From Escherichia phage vB_EcoM_G2540: a stretch of DNA of 64,000 nucleotides. The notes under the pieces are model-generated. The model searched no databases and was not told where the DNA came from. It saw only the letters and a program-made list of their open reading frames with translations. The stretch lies in the sequence record MK327936.1; one strand, written 5' to 3'. Shown here one piece after another: positions 20,949-38,762 of the stretch. Position numbers and translations under genes: made by a program. Numbering within the stretch: the stretch's first letter is position 1; each line of letters starts with the position of its first letter.

Positions 20949-20971
20949 GGGAGCCCATGGGCTCCCTTTTT
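20949..20971 (+). terminator. Rho-independent terminator after gene 8
   Basis: Palindrome GGGAGCCCATGGGCTCCC followed by TTTTT. Confidence 0.75.
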
Positions 20972-20974
20972 CTT

Positions 20975-20982
20975 TATAAATA
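20975..20982 (+). promoter_or_regulatory. Late promoter TATAAATA for gene 9
   Basis: Exact TATAAATA 25 nt upstream of the gene 9 ATG. Confidence 0.6.
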
Positions 20983-21006
20983 TTATAAACTCATAAGGAA
21001 ACCGCT

Positions 21007-21873
21007 ATGTTCATTCAAGAACCAAAGAAATTGATTGATACCGGCGAAATTGGTAACGCTTCTACTGGTGATATCTTATTCGACGGTGGTAATAAAATTA
21101 ATAGTGATTTTAACGCAATTTATAATGCGTTTGGCGATCAGCGTAAAATGGCAGTAGCAAATGGCACTGGAGCTGATGGTCAAATTATCCATGCTACTGG
21201 ATATTATCAAAAACACTCTATTGCTGAGTATGCAACTCCAGTAAAAGTTGGCACTAGACATGATATTGATACCTCTACTGTAGGTGTTAAAGTTATCATT
21301 GAAAGAGGAGAACTTGGCGATTGTGTTGAATTCATTAACTCTAATGGATCAATATCAGTTACTAATCCTTTAACGATTCAGGCTATTGATTCAATTAAAG
21401 GTGTTTCAGGTAATTTGGTAGTAACTACTCCATATAGTAAAGTTACTTTACGCTGTATTTCATCTGATAATTCTACATCGGTTTGGAATTATTCTATTGA
21501 AAGCATGTTTGGTCAAAAGGAATCACCGGTTGAAGGTACGTGGAATATTTCTACATCTGGATCAGTTGACATTCCATTGTTTCATCGCACTGAATATAAC
21601 ATGGCTAAATTGTTAGTTACATGCCAGTCAGCAGATGGAAGAAAAATTAAAACAGCAGAAATAAATATTCTTGTGGATATTGTTAATTCAGAGGTCATTT
21701 CTTCTGAATATGCTGTCATGCGAGTTGGGAATGAAACCGAAGAAGACGAAATCGCTAATATTGCATTTAGTATTAAAGAAAATTATGTAACGGCGACTAT
21801 AAGTTCTTCAACTGTCGGTATGAGAGCAGCAGTTAAAGTTATCGCTACGCAGAAAATCGGGGTGGCTCAATAA
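21007..21873 (+). CDS. 9: gp9 baseplate wedge, long tail fiber connector
   Basis: 288 aa; matches T4 gp9. Confidence 0.92.
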   Translation: MFIQEPKKLIDTGEIGNASTGDILFDGGNKINSDFNAIYNAFGDQRKMAVANGTGADGQIIHATGYYQKHSIAEYATPVKVGTRHDIDTSTVGVKVIIERGELGDCVEFINSNGSISVTNPLTIQAIDSIKGVSGNLVVTTPYSKVTLRCISSDNSTSVWNYSIESMFGQKESPVEGTWNISTSGSVDIPLFHRTEYNMAKLLVTCQSADGRKIKTAEINILVDIVNSEVISSEYAVMRVGNETEEDEIANIAFSIKENYVTATISSSTVGMRAAVKVIATQKIGVAQ

Positions 21874-23678
21874 TGAAACAAAATATTAATATCGGTAATG
21901 TTGTAGATGATGGTACCGGTGACTACCTGCGTAAAGGTGGTATAAAAATAAATGAAAACTTTGATGAGCTTTATTACGAGCTTGGTGACGGTGATGTTCC
22001 ATATTCAGCTGGTGCCTGGAAAACTTATAATGCTTCATCAGGACAAACATTAACAGCAGAATGGGGAAAATCATATGCCATTAACACTTCATCTGGAAGA
22101 GTAACCCTACAACTTCCTAAAGGAACCGTTAATGATTATAATAAAGTAATTAAAGCTAGGGATGTATTTGCAACATGGAATGTTAATCCAGTTACTCTAG
22201 TAGCCGCTTCTGGTGATACTATTAAAGGATCATCGTCATCAGTTGAAATTAATGTTCAATTTAGCGATTTAGAATTAGTTTATTGTGCTCCAGGACGTTG
22301 GGAATATGTCAAAAACAAACAAATTGACAAAATTATTAGTTCAGATATTAGTAATGTAGCACGTAAAGAATTTTTAGTCGAAGTTCAAGGACAAACAGAC
22401 TTTTTAGATGTTTTCCGTGGAACTAGCTATAATGTTAATAACATCCGAGTAAAACACCGCGGTAATGAATTATATTATGGCGATGTATTTAGTGAAAACA
22501 GTGACTTTGGCTCTCCTGGGGAAAATGAAGGAGAATTGATTCCTCTTGATGGATTTAATATTAGGTTAAGACAGCCTTGTAATATTGGTGACACTGTTCA
22601 AATTGAAACATTTATGGATGGTGTATCACAATGGAGAAGTTCATATACAAGACGCCAAATAAAAGTATTAGATTCAAAATTAACGTCAAAAACTTCTTTA
22701 GAAGGAAGTATTTACGTTACTGATTTATCAACAATGAAATCAATTCCATTCTCTGCATTTGGATTAATTCCTGGAGAACCTATTAATCCTAATTCTCTTG
22801 AAGTTCGTTTTAATGGAATTTTACAACAACAAGCTGGAACAGCCGGATATCCTCTGTTTTTGTGTGAAGGTGCTAATTCAGATACGCAAGCAGGATGTAT
22901 ATCTCTTGGTGGTGAATGGAAAGAATCGAATACAGATTATTCTATAGAATATGAAGATGGAAAACCTGTCAGTCTTTTATTTGATAGAAAATTTGAATCT
23001 GGCGATATAATCGTTATAACATGGTTCAATAATGATTTAGGAACTCTTTTAGAAAAAGATGACATTATTGAATTAACTGATGACCGTTATGTTAGTAAAG
23101 GATCATCTACTGAAGTTACTGGTGATGTAGCCTTAACAGATTTTGATAAAATCGGTTGGCCAAATGTTGAAAAAGTTGATTCTTATACTAGAACGTATAA
23201 TTCAATATCATCTATTTTCGACAGCATTTATCCTGTTGGTTCAATTTATGAAAATGCTATAAATCCAAATAATCCAGTGACTTATATGGGATTTGGTTCA
23301 TGGAAATTATTTGGTAAAGGGCAGGTTTTAGTAGGATGGAATGATGATGTTACAGATCCAAACTTTGCATTAAACAATAATGATTTAGATTCTAGCGGAA
23401 ATCCTTCACATACCGCCGGTGGAACAGTTGGTACAACATCAGTAACGCTTGAAAACGCAAATCTTCCTGCGACTAAAACTGATGAAAGAGTTTTAATTGA
23501 AGACGAAAATGGATCAGTTATTATTGGAGGATGTCAATATGACCCAGACGAAACTGGTCCTATATATACAAAATATCGTGAAGACTACGCAACAACAAAC
23601 TCTTCACATACTCCTCCTACTAATATTAGTAATATTCAACCGTCTATTACTGTATACCGTTGGATAAGGATTGCATAA
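21873..23678 (+). CDS. 10: gp10 baseplate wedge / short tail fiber attachment
   Basis: 601 aa; stop overlaps the gene 11 start (TAATG). Confidence 0.92.
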   Translation: MKQNINIGNVVDDGTGDYLRKGGIKINENFDELYYELGDGDVPYSAGAWKTYNASSGQTLTAEWGKSYAINTSSGRVTLQLPKGTVNDYNKVIKARDVFATWNVNPVTLVAASGDTIKGSSSSVEINVQFSDLELVYCAPGRWEYVKNKQIDKIISSDISNVARKEFLVEVQGQTDFLDVFRGTSYNVNNIRVKHRGNELYYGDVFSENSDFGSPGENEGELIPLDGFNIRLRQPCNIGDTVQIETFMDGVSQWRSSYTRRQIKVLDSKLTSKTSLEGSIYVTDLSTMKSIPFSAFGLIPGEPINPNSLEVRFNGILQQQAGTAGYPLFLCEGANSDTQAGCISLGGEWKESNTDYSIEYEDGKPVSLLFDRKFESGDIIVITWFNNDLGTLLEKDDIIELTDDRYVSKGSSTEVTGDVALTDFDKIGWPNVEKVDSYTRTYNSISSIFDSIYPVGSIYENAINPNNPVTYMGFGSWKLFGKGQVLVGWNDDVTDPNFALNNNDLDSSGNPSHTAGGTVGTTSVTLENANLPATKTDERVLIEDENGSVIIGGCQYDPDETGPIYTKYREDYATTNSSHTPPTNISNIQPSITVYRWIRIA

Positions 23679-24392
23679 TGAGTTTACTTAATAATAAAGC
23701 GGGAGTTATTTCCCGCTTAGCAGATTTTCTTGGTTTTAGAACTAAGAAAAATGATATTTCGGTTATGAATAATCAGCCGGTAGGCGCTGTAACAATTTCA
23801 CAAATAGCAAAAGGTTTTTATGACCCAAATGTAGAATCTGCTATCAATGATGTTAGAAATATGGCAGAGCAACAGGTTGGAGCTGTATTAATTTGCTATC
23901 AATGATGTTAGAAATATGGCAGAGCAACAGGTTGGAGCTGTATTAATTAATATAAGCGGCGTATCTCCTACTGGAGTGCAACAAACAGACTATTGGTCAT
24001 TTGAAGGAACTGTTACTGATACTTCAGCCAAACCAGGTGACCCAGTTATTGTTAACATGTTTGGTATTCCAGTTAAAGCTACTAACGGAATGACTTCAAT
24101 TGAATTTACCAGTGCCGTTAGAATAGCTCTACAGGAAATGGTTGCAAAATTTATTGCAATTGATTCATTTGAAGACCATCCTACTATAGGGAATAAAATA
24201 CAAGTTAAGTATTTAGATAACCAAGAACATATCTTAGAGCAATACTCTGATAAAGGAATTACTTTCAAACAAGAAATAATTTCTCCTTCTAAACCTGGAT
24301 ATGGAACTTGGCAATTATTAGGTGCGCAAACTGTCACGTTAGATAGTCACACACAACCTACAGTATTTTATTATTTTGAGAGAATAGCATGA
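23678..24392 (+). pseudogene. 11: Gene 11 (baseplate wedge, STF-binding) disrupted by a perfect 55-bp tandem duplication causing frameshift
   Basis: 55-bp unit tgctatcaatgatgttagaaatatggcagagcaacaggttggagctgtattaatt present twice in tandem (23839-23893, 23894-23948); splits the reading frame into ORFs 23678..23905 and 23916..24392; removing one copy restores a 219-aa gp11-length ORF. Confidence 0.85.
23839..23948 (+). repeat. Perfect 55-bp x 2 tandem direct duplication inside gene 11
   Basis: Character-by-character identical copies, no spacer. Confidence 0.95.
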
Positions 24393-25939
24393 GTAATAAT
24401 ACATATCAGCACGTATCAAATGAATCAAAATATGTTAAATTCGATCCAGTGGGATCGAATTTTCCTGACACTGTTACGACGGTGCAGTCTGCATTATCAA
24501 AAATAAGTAATATCGGCGTAAATGGTATTCCTGATGCAACTATGGAAGTTAAAGGAATAGCAATGATTGCATCAGAGCAAGAGGTTTTAGATGGAACAAA
24601 TAATTCTAAAATCGTTACACCAGCTACATTAGCAACAAGATTATTGTATCCAAATGCTACTGAAACTAAATATGGTTTAACGCGCTATTCAACAAATGAA
24701 GAAATATTAGAAGGCTCAGATAATAATTCATCAATAACACCGCAAAAACTGAAATACCATACTGATGATGTGTTCCAAAATAGATATTCGTCTGAGTCAT
24801 CAAACGGGGTTATTAAAATATCATCTACGCCTGCAGCTTTGGCTGGTGTCGATGATACTACGGCGATGACTCCGCTGAAAACCCAAAAACTTGCAATAAA
24901 ATTAATTTCACAAATAGCTCCTTCAGAAGACACTGCAACAGAATCTGTGAGAGGAGTAGTTCAATTATCTACTGTTGCACAAACTCGTCAAGGAACTCTC
25001 CGCGAAGGATATGCAATTTCCCCGTATACCTTTATGAATTCTGTTGCAACACAAGAATATAAGGGTGTTATACGTCTAGGAACACAAGCAGAAATTAATA
25101 ATAATTTGGGGGATGTTGCAGTAACAGGTGAAACACTAAATGGTCGAGGAGCTACCGGTTCTATGCGTGGGGTAGTAAAATTAACGACGCAAGCTGGTAT
25201 TGCTCCTGAAGGTGATAGCTCTGGGGCATTAGCCTGGAACGCAGATGTAATTAATACTCGTGGTGGACAAACTATTAATGGTTCTTTAAATTTAGATCAT
25301 CTCACAGCAAATGGAATTTGGTCGCGCGGCGGAATGTGGAAAAATGGCGATCAACCTGTTGCCACTGAAAGATATGCGTCCGAAAGGGTTCCGGTTGGAA
25401 CTATTATGATGTTTGCGGGTGATTCAGCACCTCCAGGTTGGATTATGTGTCATGGTGGAACTGTGTCAGGAGATCAATATCCTGATTATAGAAACACAGT
25501 TGGAACAAGATTTGGTGGGGATTGGAATAATCCAGGGATTCCTGATATGCGAGGTCTTTTCGTCAGAGGAGCGGGCACAGGTGGTCATATTTTAAATCAA
25601 CGAGGACAAGATGGTTATGGGAAGGATAGACTTGGTGTAGGATGTGATGGAATGCATGTTGGTGGTGTTCAAGCGCAACAAATGTCATACCATAAACACG
25701 CTGGTGGTTGGGGAGAATATAACAGAAGTGAAGGTCCATTTGGCGCGTCTGTTTATCAAGGATATCTTGGAACTAGAAAATATGCCGACTGGGATAACGC
25801 TTCATACTTCACCAATGATGGATTTGAATTAGGTGGACCGAGAGATGCCCTTGGTACACTTAATCGTGAAGGATTAATTGGTTATGAAACTAGACCATGG
25901 AATATATCATTAAACTATATTATTAAAATTCATTACTAA
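24389..25939 (+). CDS. 12: gp12 short tail fiber
   Basis: 516 aa; matches T4 gp12 in size and position. Confidence 0.92.
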   Translation: MSNNTYQHVSNESKYVKFDPVGSNFPDTVTTVQSALSKISNIGVNGIPDATMEVKGIAMIASEQEVLDGTNNSKIVTPATLATRLLYPNATETKYGLTRYSTNEEILEGSDNNSSITPQKLKYHTDDVFQNRYSSESSNGVIKISSTPAALAGVDDTTAMTPLKTQKLAIKLISQIAPSEDTATESVRGVVQLSTVAQTRQGTLREGYAISPYTFMNSVATQEYKGVIRLGTQAEINNNLGDVAVTGETLNGRGATGSMRGVVKLTTQAGIAPEGDSSGALAWNADVINTRGGQTINGSLNLDHLTANGIWSRGGMWKNGDQPVATERYASERVPVGTIMMFAGDSAPPGWIMCHGGTVSGDQYPDYRNTVGTRFGGDWNNPGIPDMRGLFVRGAGTGGHILNQRGQDGYGKDRLGVGCDGMHVGGVQAQQMSYHKHAGGWGEYNRSEGPFGASVYQGYLGTRKYADWDNASYFTNDGFELGGPRDALGTLNREGLIGYETRPWNISLNYIIKIHY

Positions 25940-25948
25940 GGATTACAA

Positions 25949-27406
25949 ATGATTGAATTAAAAGATTTACCTTTTGTTGATAGCGTTCCTGGCGAAGGTC
26001 AGGAACGTATTTCATGGATTAAAAATGGTGAAGAAATACTAGGAGCTAGTACTAAGTATGGAAACGATGGATCAATGAATAGACCAACTGTTTCCGTGTT
26101 TAAAAATGTCGAAGTTCTTGATGAAAATGTGGGAATTCTTAAAACTGCCGTTGAAACATCGCAGGAAGATATTAAAACAATTCAAGGCATTTTAGATGTA
26201 TCAGGAGATATAGAAGCACTATCGCAGATCAGCGTTAATAAAAATGATATATCAAATTTAAAGACACTCACAAATGAACACACTGATATATTAAATGGTA
26301 CAAATACCACAGTTGACCGCATTCTTTCTGATATAGGTCCATTTAATGAGCAAGCAAATTCAGTTTATAGAACGATTAGAAATGATTTGCTGTGGATTAA
26401 AAGGGAATTAGGGCAATATGCTGGGCAAGATATTAATGGTCTTCCTGTTGTAGGAAATAACAGCACGGGAATGAAGCACCGCATCATTAATAATACAGAT
26501 GCTATAACTTCCCAAGGAATACGTCTAAGTGATTTGGAAGAAAAATTTATTGAATCTGATGTAGGTTCGCTTACAATCGAAGTAGGAAATCTTAGACAGG
26601 AATTAGGACAAAGACCATCTTCATTTAGTGAAAGCATATATTCACGTGTGCATAATTTAGATCAAGCACAAATTGATCTAAATTCTGAAATTAAATTTAT
26701 AAAAACTTCTATTGGATATCCAGGAAATACTTCTATAATCACAGATGTCAATGTCAATAGTCAAGAAATTTCAGCTTTAAATGATGAACTAAATAAAAGC
26801 GGAGGTGTTAAACAACGATTAACTATTATCGAAACATCGATTGGTTCAGATGATATTCCTTCTAGTATTAAAGGTCGAATTAAAGATAATACTACTTCTA
26901 TTGAATCTTTAAATGGAATTGTAGGTGAAAACACCTCGTCTGGTTTAAGAGCCAATGTTTCATGGTTAAACCAAATTGTTGGAACTGATTCTAGCGGTGG
27001 ACAACCTTCTCCTCCTGGGTCTCTTTTAAATAGAATTTCAACAGTTGAAACTTCCGTTAATAGATTGAACAATGATGTTCAAAACTTACAAGTTGAAATT
27101 GGTAATAACAATTCCGGAATTAAAGGACAAGTTGTAGCATTAAATAAATTAGTAAATGGAACAAATCCAAATGGTTCAACTGTCGAAGAACGCGGATTGA
27201 CTAATTCAATAAAAGCTAATGAGACTAACATTGCTTCAATTAATCAAGAGATTCGTAGCATTAAAAGCGATGTATCTTCATTACAAAGGGATGTCCAGAC
27301 TTTACAGGAAGCCGGTTATATTCCTGAAGCTCCAAGAGATGGGCAAGCTTACGTTCGTAAAGACGGCGAATGGGTATTGCTTTCTACCTTTTTATCACCA
27401 GCATAA
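25949..27406 (+). CDS. wac: Fibritin (whisker antigen control, wac)
   Basis: 485 aa coiled-coil protein with C-terminal foldon-like [27 protein letters not shown]. Confidence 0.95.
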   Translation: MIELKDLPFVDSVPGEGQERISWIKNGEEILGASTKYGNDGSMNRPTVSVFKNVEVLDENVGILKTAVETSQEDIKTIQGILDVSGDIEALSQISVNKNDISNLKTLTNEHTDILNGTNTTVDRILSDIGPFNEQANSVYRTIRNDLLWIKRELGQYAGQDINGLPVVGNNSTGMKHRIINNTDAITSQGIRLSDLEEKFIESDVGSLTIEVGNLRQELGQRPSSFSESIYSRVHNLDQAQIDLNSEIKFIKTSIGYPGNTSIITDVNVNSQEISALNDELNKSGGVKQRLTIIETSIGSDDIPSSIKGRIKDNTTSIESLNGIVGENTSSGLRANVSWLNQIVGTDSSGGQPSPPGSLLNRISTVETSVNRLNNDVQNLQVEIGNNNSGIKGQVVALNKLVNGTNPNGSTVEERGLTNSIKANETNIASINQEIRSIKSDVSSLQRDVQTLQEAGYIPEAPRDGQAYVRKDGEWVLLSTFLSPA

Positions 27407-27409
27407 CAT

Positions 27410-27425
27410 GGGGCCGCAAGGCCCC
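27410..27425 (+). terminator. GC hairpin after wac
   Basis: GGGGCCGCAAGGCCCC palindrome immediately after the wac stop. Confidence 0.55.
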
Positions 27426-27437
27426 AAAGGATTTTAA

Positions 27438-29140
<1,703 letters not shown>

Positions 29141-29181
29141 TAAATATTATAAACTAATTAAAGCCCAGATTAGGAGAAATC

Positions 29182-32319
<3,138 letters not shown>

Positions 32320-32350
32320 ATATATTAAAGCATATTAAAGAGGATTAAAA

Positions 32351-34330
32351 ATGACTTTATTATCTCCGGGCATTGAGCTCAAAGAAACTACGGTTCAAAG
32401 CACCGTGGTTAATAACTCTACTGGTACAGCAGCTTTGGCCGGTAAATTCCAGTGGGGTCCTGCTTTTCAGATTAAACAGGTTACAAATGAAGTAGATTTA
32501 GTTAATACTTTTGGTCAACCAACCGCTGAAACTGCTGACTATTTTATGTCTGCGATGAATTTCTTGCAGTACGGAAATGACTTACGAGTAGTTCGTGCTG
32601 TTGATAGAGATACCGCTAAAAACTCATCACCAATTGCTGGTAATATTGAATACACAATTTCTACCCCAGGTAGTAACTATGCGGTTGGAGATAAAATCAC
32701 GGTCAAATATGTTTCAGATGATATTGAAACTGAAGGTAAAATTACTGAAGTAGACGCAGATGGAAAAATTAAGAAAATTAATATTCCTACTGCAAAAATT
32801 ATCGCTAAAGCTAAAGAAGTCGGTGAATATCCAGAATTAGGTTCTAACTGGACTGCGGAAATTTCTTCGTCTTCCTCTGGTTTAGCTGCAGTAATAACTC
32901 TTGGAAAAATTATTACTGATTCTGGTATTTTATTAGCTGAAATTGAAAATGCTGAAGCTGCTATGACAGCGGTTGACTTTCAAGCAAATCTCGAAAAATA
33001 CGGAATTCCAGGAGTAGTAGCTCTTTATCCAGGCGAATTAGGCGATAAAATTGAAATTGAAATCGTATCTAAAGCTGACTATGCAAAAGGAGCTTCTGCA
33101 TTACTCCCAATTTATCCGGGCGGTGGTACTCGCGCATCTACTGCTAAAGCAGTGTTTGGATATGGACCACAAACTGATTCACAGTACGCTATTATAGTTC
33201 GTCGTAATGATGCTATTGTTCAAAGCGTTGTTCTTTCGACTAAGCGTGGTGAAAAAGATATTTACGATAGTAACATCTATATCGATGACTTTTTCGCAAA
33301 AGGCGGCTCAGAATATATTTTTGCAACTGCACAAAACTGGCCAGAAGGCTTCTCTGGAATTTTAACTCTGTCTGGTGGATTATCATCAAATGCTGAAGTA
33401 ACAGCAGGAGATTTGATGGAAGCTTGGGACTTCTTTGCTGACCGTGAATCTGTTGACGTTCAACTGTTTATTGCGGGTTCTTGTGCCGGTGAATCTTTAG
33501 AAACAGCATCTACTGTCCAAAAACACGTCGTTTCAATTGGGGATGCTCGCCAAGATTGCTTAGTATTGTGCTCACCGCCGCGTGAAACTGTAGTTGGAAT
33601 TCCTGTAACTCGTGCTGTTGATAACTTAGTCAATTGGAGAACTGCAGCAGGTTCATACACTGATAATAACTTTAATATCAGTTCAACCTATGCAGCAATT
33701 GATGGTAACTATAAGTATCAGTATGACAAATATAATGATGTGAATCGTTGGGTTCCATTAGCAGCTGATATTGCTGGTTTATGCGCAAGAACTGATAACG
33801 TATCTCAGACTTGGATGTCTCCAGCTGGTTATAATCGTGGTCAGATTCTTAACGTTATTAAACTGGCTATTGAAACTCGCCAGGCTCAGCGCGACCGTTT
33901 ATACCAAGAAGCTATCAACCCAGTAACTGGTACAGGTGGTGATGGTTACGTATTGTATGGTGATAAAACAGCTACTTCTGTTCCTTCTCCATTTGATCGT
34001 ATTAACGTTCGTCGTCTGTTTAATATGTTGAAAACGAACATCGGACGTAGTTCAAAATATCGTTTGTTCGAATTAAACAACGCGTTTACTCGTTCATCAT
34101 TCCGCACAGAAACTGCCCAGTACTTACAGGGAATTAAAGCTCTCGGTGGAATTTATGAATATCGTGTAGTTTGCGATACAACAAATAACACTCCGTCAGT
34201 AATTGATAGAAATGAGTTTGTTGCAACATTCTACATTCAACCGGCTAGAAGCATTAACTACATTACCTTGAACTTCGTAGCAACTGCTACTGGTGCAGAT
34301 TTCGATGAGTTAACTGGTCTTGCTGGTTAA
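32351..34330 (+). CDS. 18: gp18 tail sheath protein
   Basis: 659 aa. Confidence 0.95.
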   Translation: MTLLSPGIELKETTVQSTVVNNSTGTAALAGKFQWGPAFQIKQVTNEVDLVNTFGQPTAETADYFMSAMNFLQYGNDLRVVRAVDRDTAKNSSPIAGNIEYTISTPGSNYAVGDKITVKYVSDDIETEGKITEVDADGKIKKINIPTAKIIAKAKEVGEYPELGSNWTAEISSSSSGLAAVITLGKIITDSGILLAEIENAEAAMTAVDFQANLEKYGIPGVVALYPGELGDKIEIEIVSKADYAKGASALLPIYPGGGTRASTAKAVFGYGPQTDSQYAIIVRRNDAIVQSVVLSTKRGEKDIYDSNIYIDDFFAKGGSEYIFATAQNWPEGFSGILTLSGGLSSNAEVTAGDLMEAWDFFADRESVDVQLFIAGSCAGESLETASTVQKHVVSIGDARQDCLVLCSPPRETVVGIPVTRAVDNLVNWRTAAGSYTDNNFNISSTYAAIDGNYKYQYDKYNDVNRWVPLAADIAGLCARTDNVSQTWMSPAGYNRGQILNVIKLAIETRQAQRDRLYQEAINPVTGTGGDGYVLYGDKTATSVPSPFDRINVRRLFNMLKTNIGRSSKYRLFELNNAFTRSSFRTETAQYLQGIKALGGIYEYRVVCDTTNNTPSVIDRNEFVATFYIQPARSINYITLNFVATATGADFDELTGLAG

Positions 34331-34346
34331 TACGGTGCATTCTAAA

Positions 34347-34432
34347 GGCCTGTTTCGGCAGGCCATATAAATACACTATATCCTTAATTCTTTAATTCTA
34401 TATGCCCTAGGTTAAACATAGGGATATAAATA
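34347..34432 (+). promoter_or_regulatory. Hairpin plus two late promoter boxes (TATAAATA at 34366-34373 and 34425-34432) upstream of gene 19
   Basis: GGCCTG-TTTCGG-CAGGCC stem-loop followed by two exact TATAAATA motifs. Confidence 0.55.
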
Positions 34433-34446
34433 CTACAGAGGCTAAT

Positions 34447-34938
34447 ATGTTTGTAGATGATGTAACACGAGCGTTTGAATCTGGTGATTTTGCTCGACCT
34501 AACTTATTCCAAGTAGAAATTTCTTATCTTGGACAAAATTTTACATTCCAATGTAAAGCCACTGCTTTACCAGCTGGTATTGTAGAAAAAATTCCAGTCG
34601 GATTTATGAACCGTAAAATTAACGTAGCAGGCGATCGTACATTCGATGACTGGACTGTTACAGTAATGAACGATGAAGCTCATGATGCTCGCCAGAAGTT
34701 TGTTGATTGGCAAAGCATTGCTGCTGGTCAAGGAAACGAAATTACTGGTGGAAAACCTGCAGAGTATAAAAAGAGCGCTATTGTTCGTCAATATGCTCGT
34801 GATGCTAAAACAGTAACAAAAGAAATTGAAATTAAAGGTCTGTGGCCTACTAACGTGGGTGAACTTCAATTAGATTGGGATTCAAACAATGAAATCCAAA
34901 CCTTTGAAGTAACTCTTGCTCTCGATTATTGGGAATAA
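34447..34938 (+). CDS. 19: gp19 tail tube protein
   Basis: 163 aa. Confidence 0.95.
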   Translation: MFVDDVTRAFESGDFARPNLFQVEISYLGQNFTFQCKATALPAGIVEKIPVGFMNRKINVAGDRTFDDWTVTVMNDEAHDARQKFVDWQSIAAGQGNEITGGKPAEYKKSAIVRQYARDAKTVTKEIEIKGLWPTNVGELQLDWDSNNEIQTFEVTLALDYWE

Positions 34939-34970
34939 AATGAATGGGGAGAAATCCCCATCCTGCTTAA

Positions 34971-36595
<1,625 letters not shown>

Positions 36596-36596
<1 letters not shown>

Positions 36597-36841
36597 TGGA
36601 AGGTTTAATTGAAGCTATTAAATCAAACGACCTCGTAGCCGCTCGTAAATTATTTGCTGAAGCCATGGCTGCAAGAACGATTGATTTAATTAAAGAAGAA
36701 AAAATCGCTATCGCTCGTAATTTCTTAATCGAAGGTGAAGAACCTGAAGACGAGGATGAAGATGAAGATGATGACGAAGATAGCGATGATAAAGACGACA
36801 AAAAAGACAAAGACTCTGACGAAGACGAGGATGATGAATAA
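36596..36841 (+). CDS. 67: gp67 prohead core protein (acidic C-terminal tail)
   Basis: 81 aa with poly-acidic tail [33 protein letters not shown]. Confidence 0.85.
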
Positions 36842-37266
36842 TGCTTCTGATCCCTGAAACTCATGAATTAGTTCTCGAGAATGTCGAAGCACTTATTCCT
36901 GAAGCACAGGGTCGCTTTGACGAATTGTCTTCTGCTTTAAATAAAGACGATATAAATACAATTGTCGAGAATATGCTTGATGATGAAACTGATTTAGCGG
37001 TTGCATTAGCTTCTATTAATGAAAATATGCCGTTAAATGAATTCATCGTTAAACATGTTTCCGCCCGTGGTGAAATTACTCGCACTAAAGACCGCAAAAC
37101 GCGTGAACGTAATGCATTTCAAACCACTGGACTGTCTAAAGCAAAACGTAGACAAATTGCTCGTAAAGCTACCAAAACGAAGATTGCCAATCCAGCAGGT
37201 CAATCTCGTGCTCAGCGTAAGCGTAAAAAAGCTCTTAAACGCCGTAAAGCATTAGGATTAAGCTAA
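36841..37266 (+). CDS. 68: gp68 prohead core protein
   Basis: 141 aa, basic C-terminus. Confidence 0.85.
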
Positions 37267-37904
37267 TGAATGAACCCCAATTACTAATTGAAACTTGGGG
37301 TCAACCTGGCGAAATTATTGATGGCGTACCAATGCTTGAATCTCATGATGGAAAAGACTTAGGTTTAAAACCGGGTTTATACATCGAAGGAATATTCATG
37401 CAAGCGGAAGTTGTCAATAGAAATAAACGTCTTTATCCAAAACGTATATTAGAAAAAGCGGTAAAAGACTATATTAATGAGCAAGTTTTAACTAAACAAG
37501 CTCTCGGAGAATTAAATCATCCTCCACGCGCTAATGTTGACCCAATGCAAGCCGCTATCATTATAGAAGATATGTGGTGGAAAGGAAATGACGTATACGG
37601 ACGAGCTCGTGTTATTGAAGGTGACCATGGTCCTGGAGATAAATTAGCAGCTAATATTCGTGCCGGATGGATTCCAGGAGTTTCTTCTCGTGGATTAGGT
37701 TCATTGACTGACACAAATAAAGGTTATCGTATCGTAAACGAAGGATTCAAATTAACTGTAGGTGTTGATGCAGTATGGGGTCCAAGTGCTCCAGATGCAT
37801 GGGTAACTCCTAAGGAAATTACCGAATCACAGACGGCGGAAGCCGATACAAGTGCCGATGACGCCTATATGGCTCTCGCAGAGGCCATGAAAAAAGCGTT
37901 ATAA
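37266..37904 (+). CDS. 21: gp21 prohead core protease
   Basis: 212 aa. Confidence 0.93.
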   Translation: MNEPQLLIETWGQPGEIIDGVPMLESHDGKDLGLKPGLYIEGIFMQAEVVNRNKRLYPKRILEKAVKDYINEQVLTKQALGELNHPPRANVDPMQAAIIIEDMWWKGNDVYGRARVIEGDHGPGDKLAANIRAGWIPGVSSRGLGSLTDTNKGYRIVNEGFKLTVGVDAVWGPSAPDAWVTPKEITESQTAEADTSADDAYMALAEAMKKAL

Positions 37905-37934
37905 ATATTATTATCTAAACAACAGGACTACAAA

Positions 37935-38744
37935 ATGCTTAAAGAACAACTGATTGCCGAAGCGCAGAAAATTGATGCTTCCGTTGCTCTTGATAGTATT
38001 TTCGAATCAGTTAATATTTCTCCGGAAGCAAAAGAAACTTTCGGCACTGTATTCGAAGCTACCGTCAAGCAGCACGCCGTTAAATTAGCTGAATCTCATA
38101 TCGCTAAAATTGCTGAAAAAGCAGAAGAAGAAGTAGAAAAAAATAAAGAAGAAGCCGAAGAAAAAGCTGAGAAGAAAATCGCTGAGCAAGCTTCTAAATT
38201 CATTGACCATCTTGCAAAAGAATGGCTCGCTGAAAATAAATTAGCAGTTGATAAAGGCATCAAAGCCGAACTGTTTGAATCCATGCTTGGTGGATTAAAA
38301 GAGCTCTTTGTTGAACACAACGTTGTTGTTCCAGAAGAATCAGTTGATGTTGTAGCTGAAATGGAAGAAGAGCTGCAAGAACATAAAGAAGAATCAGCTC
38401 GTCTGTTCGAAGAACTCAATAAGCGTGACGCATATATCAATTATGTGCAGCGTGAAGTGGCATTGAGCGAAAGTACTAAAGATCTGACTGAGTCTCAAAA
38501 AGAAAAAGTCTCTGCTCTGGTCGAAGGTATGGATTATTCAGATGCATTCTCAAGTAAATTGAGTGCAATCGTAGAAATGGTGAAGAAATCTAATAAAGAT
38601 GAAAGCACTATTACTGAGAGTATAAATACTCCTGATACTGAAGCAGCCGGACTGAATTTCGTCACTGAAGCTGTAGAAGATAAAGCTGCACAAGGTGCAG
38701 AAGATATTGTAAGTGTATATGCGAAAGTCGCATCTCGTTTCTAA
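37935..38744 (+). CDS. 22: gp22 prohead scaffolding core protein
   Basis: 269 aa acidic coiled-coil protein. Confidence 0.93.
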   Translation: MLKEQLIAEAQKIDASVALDSIFESVNISPEAKETFGTVFEATVKQHAVKLAESHIAKIAEKAEEEVEKNKEEAEEKAEKKIAEQASKFIDHLAKEWLAENKLAVDKGIKAELFESMLGGLKELFVEHNVVVPEESVDVVAEMEEELQEHKEESARLFEELNKRDAYINYVQREVALSESTKDLTESQKEKVSALVEGMDYSDAFSSKLSAIVEMVKKSNKDESTITESINTPDTEAAGLNFVTEAVEDKAAQGAEDIVSVYAKVASRF

Positions 38745-38762
38745 TTTTAAAGGTTAACACAA

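Noticed and set aside
23990-24337. 115-aa minus-strand ORF inside gene 11
   Set aside because: Antisense overlap with a conserved structural gene; typical spurious ORF in AT-rich phage DNA.
36730-36840. GAn/GAT/GAC-rich simple repeat resembling a microsatellite
   Set aside because: It is the coding sequence for the poly-acidic tail of gp67 (in frame), not a non-coding repeat or CRISPR-like array.
38096-38440. 114-aa ORF antisense to gene 22
   Set aside because: Lies entirely within and opposite to the scaffold gene; Ser/Ala-rich low-complexity translation; no independent signals.
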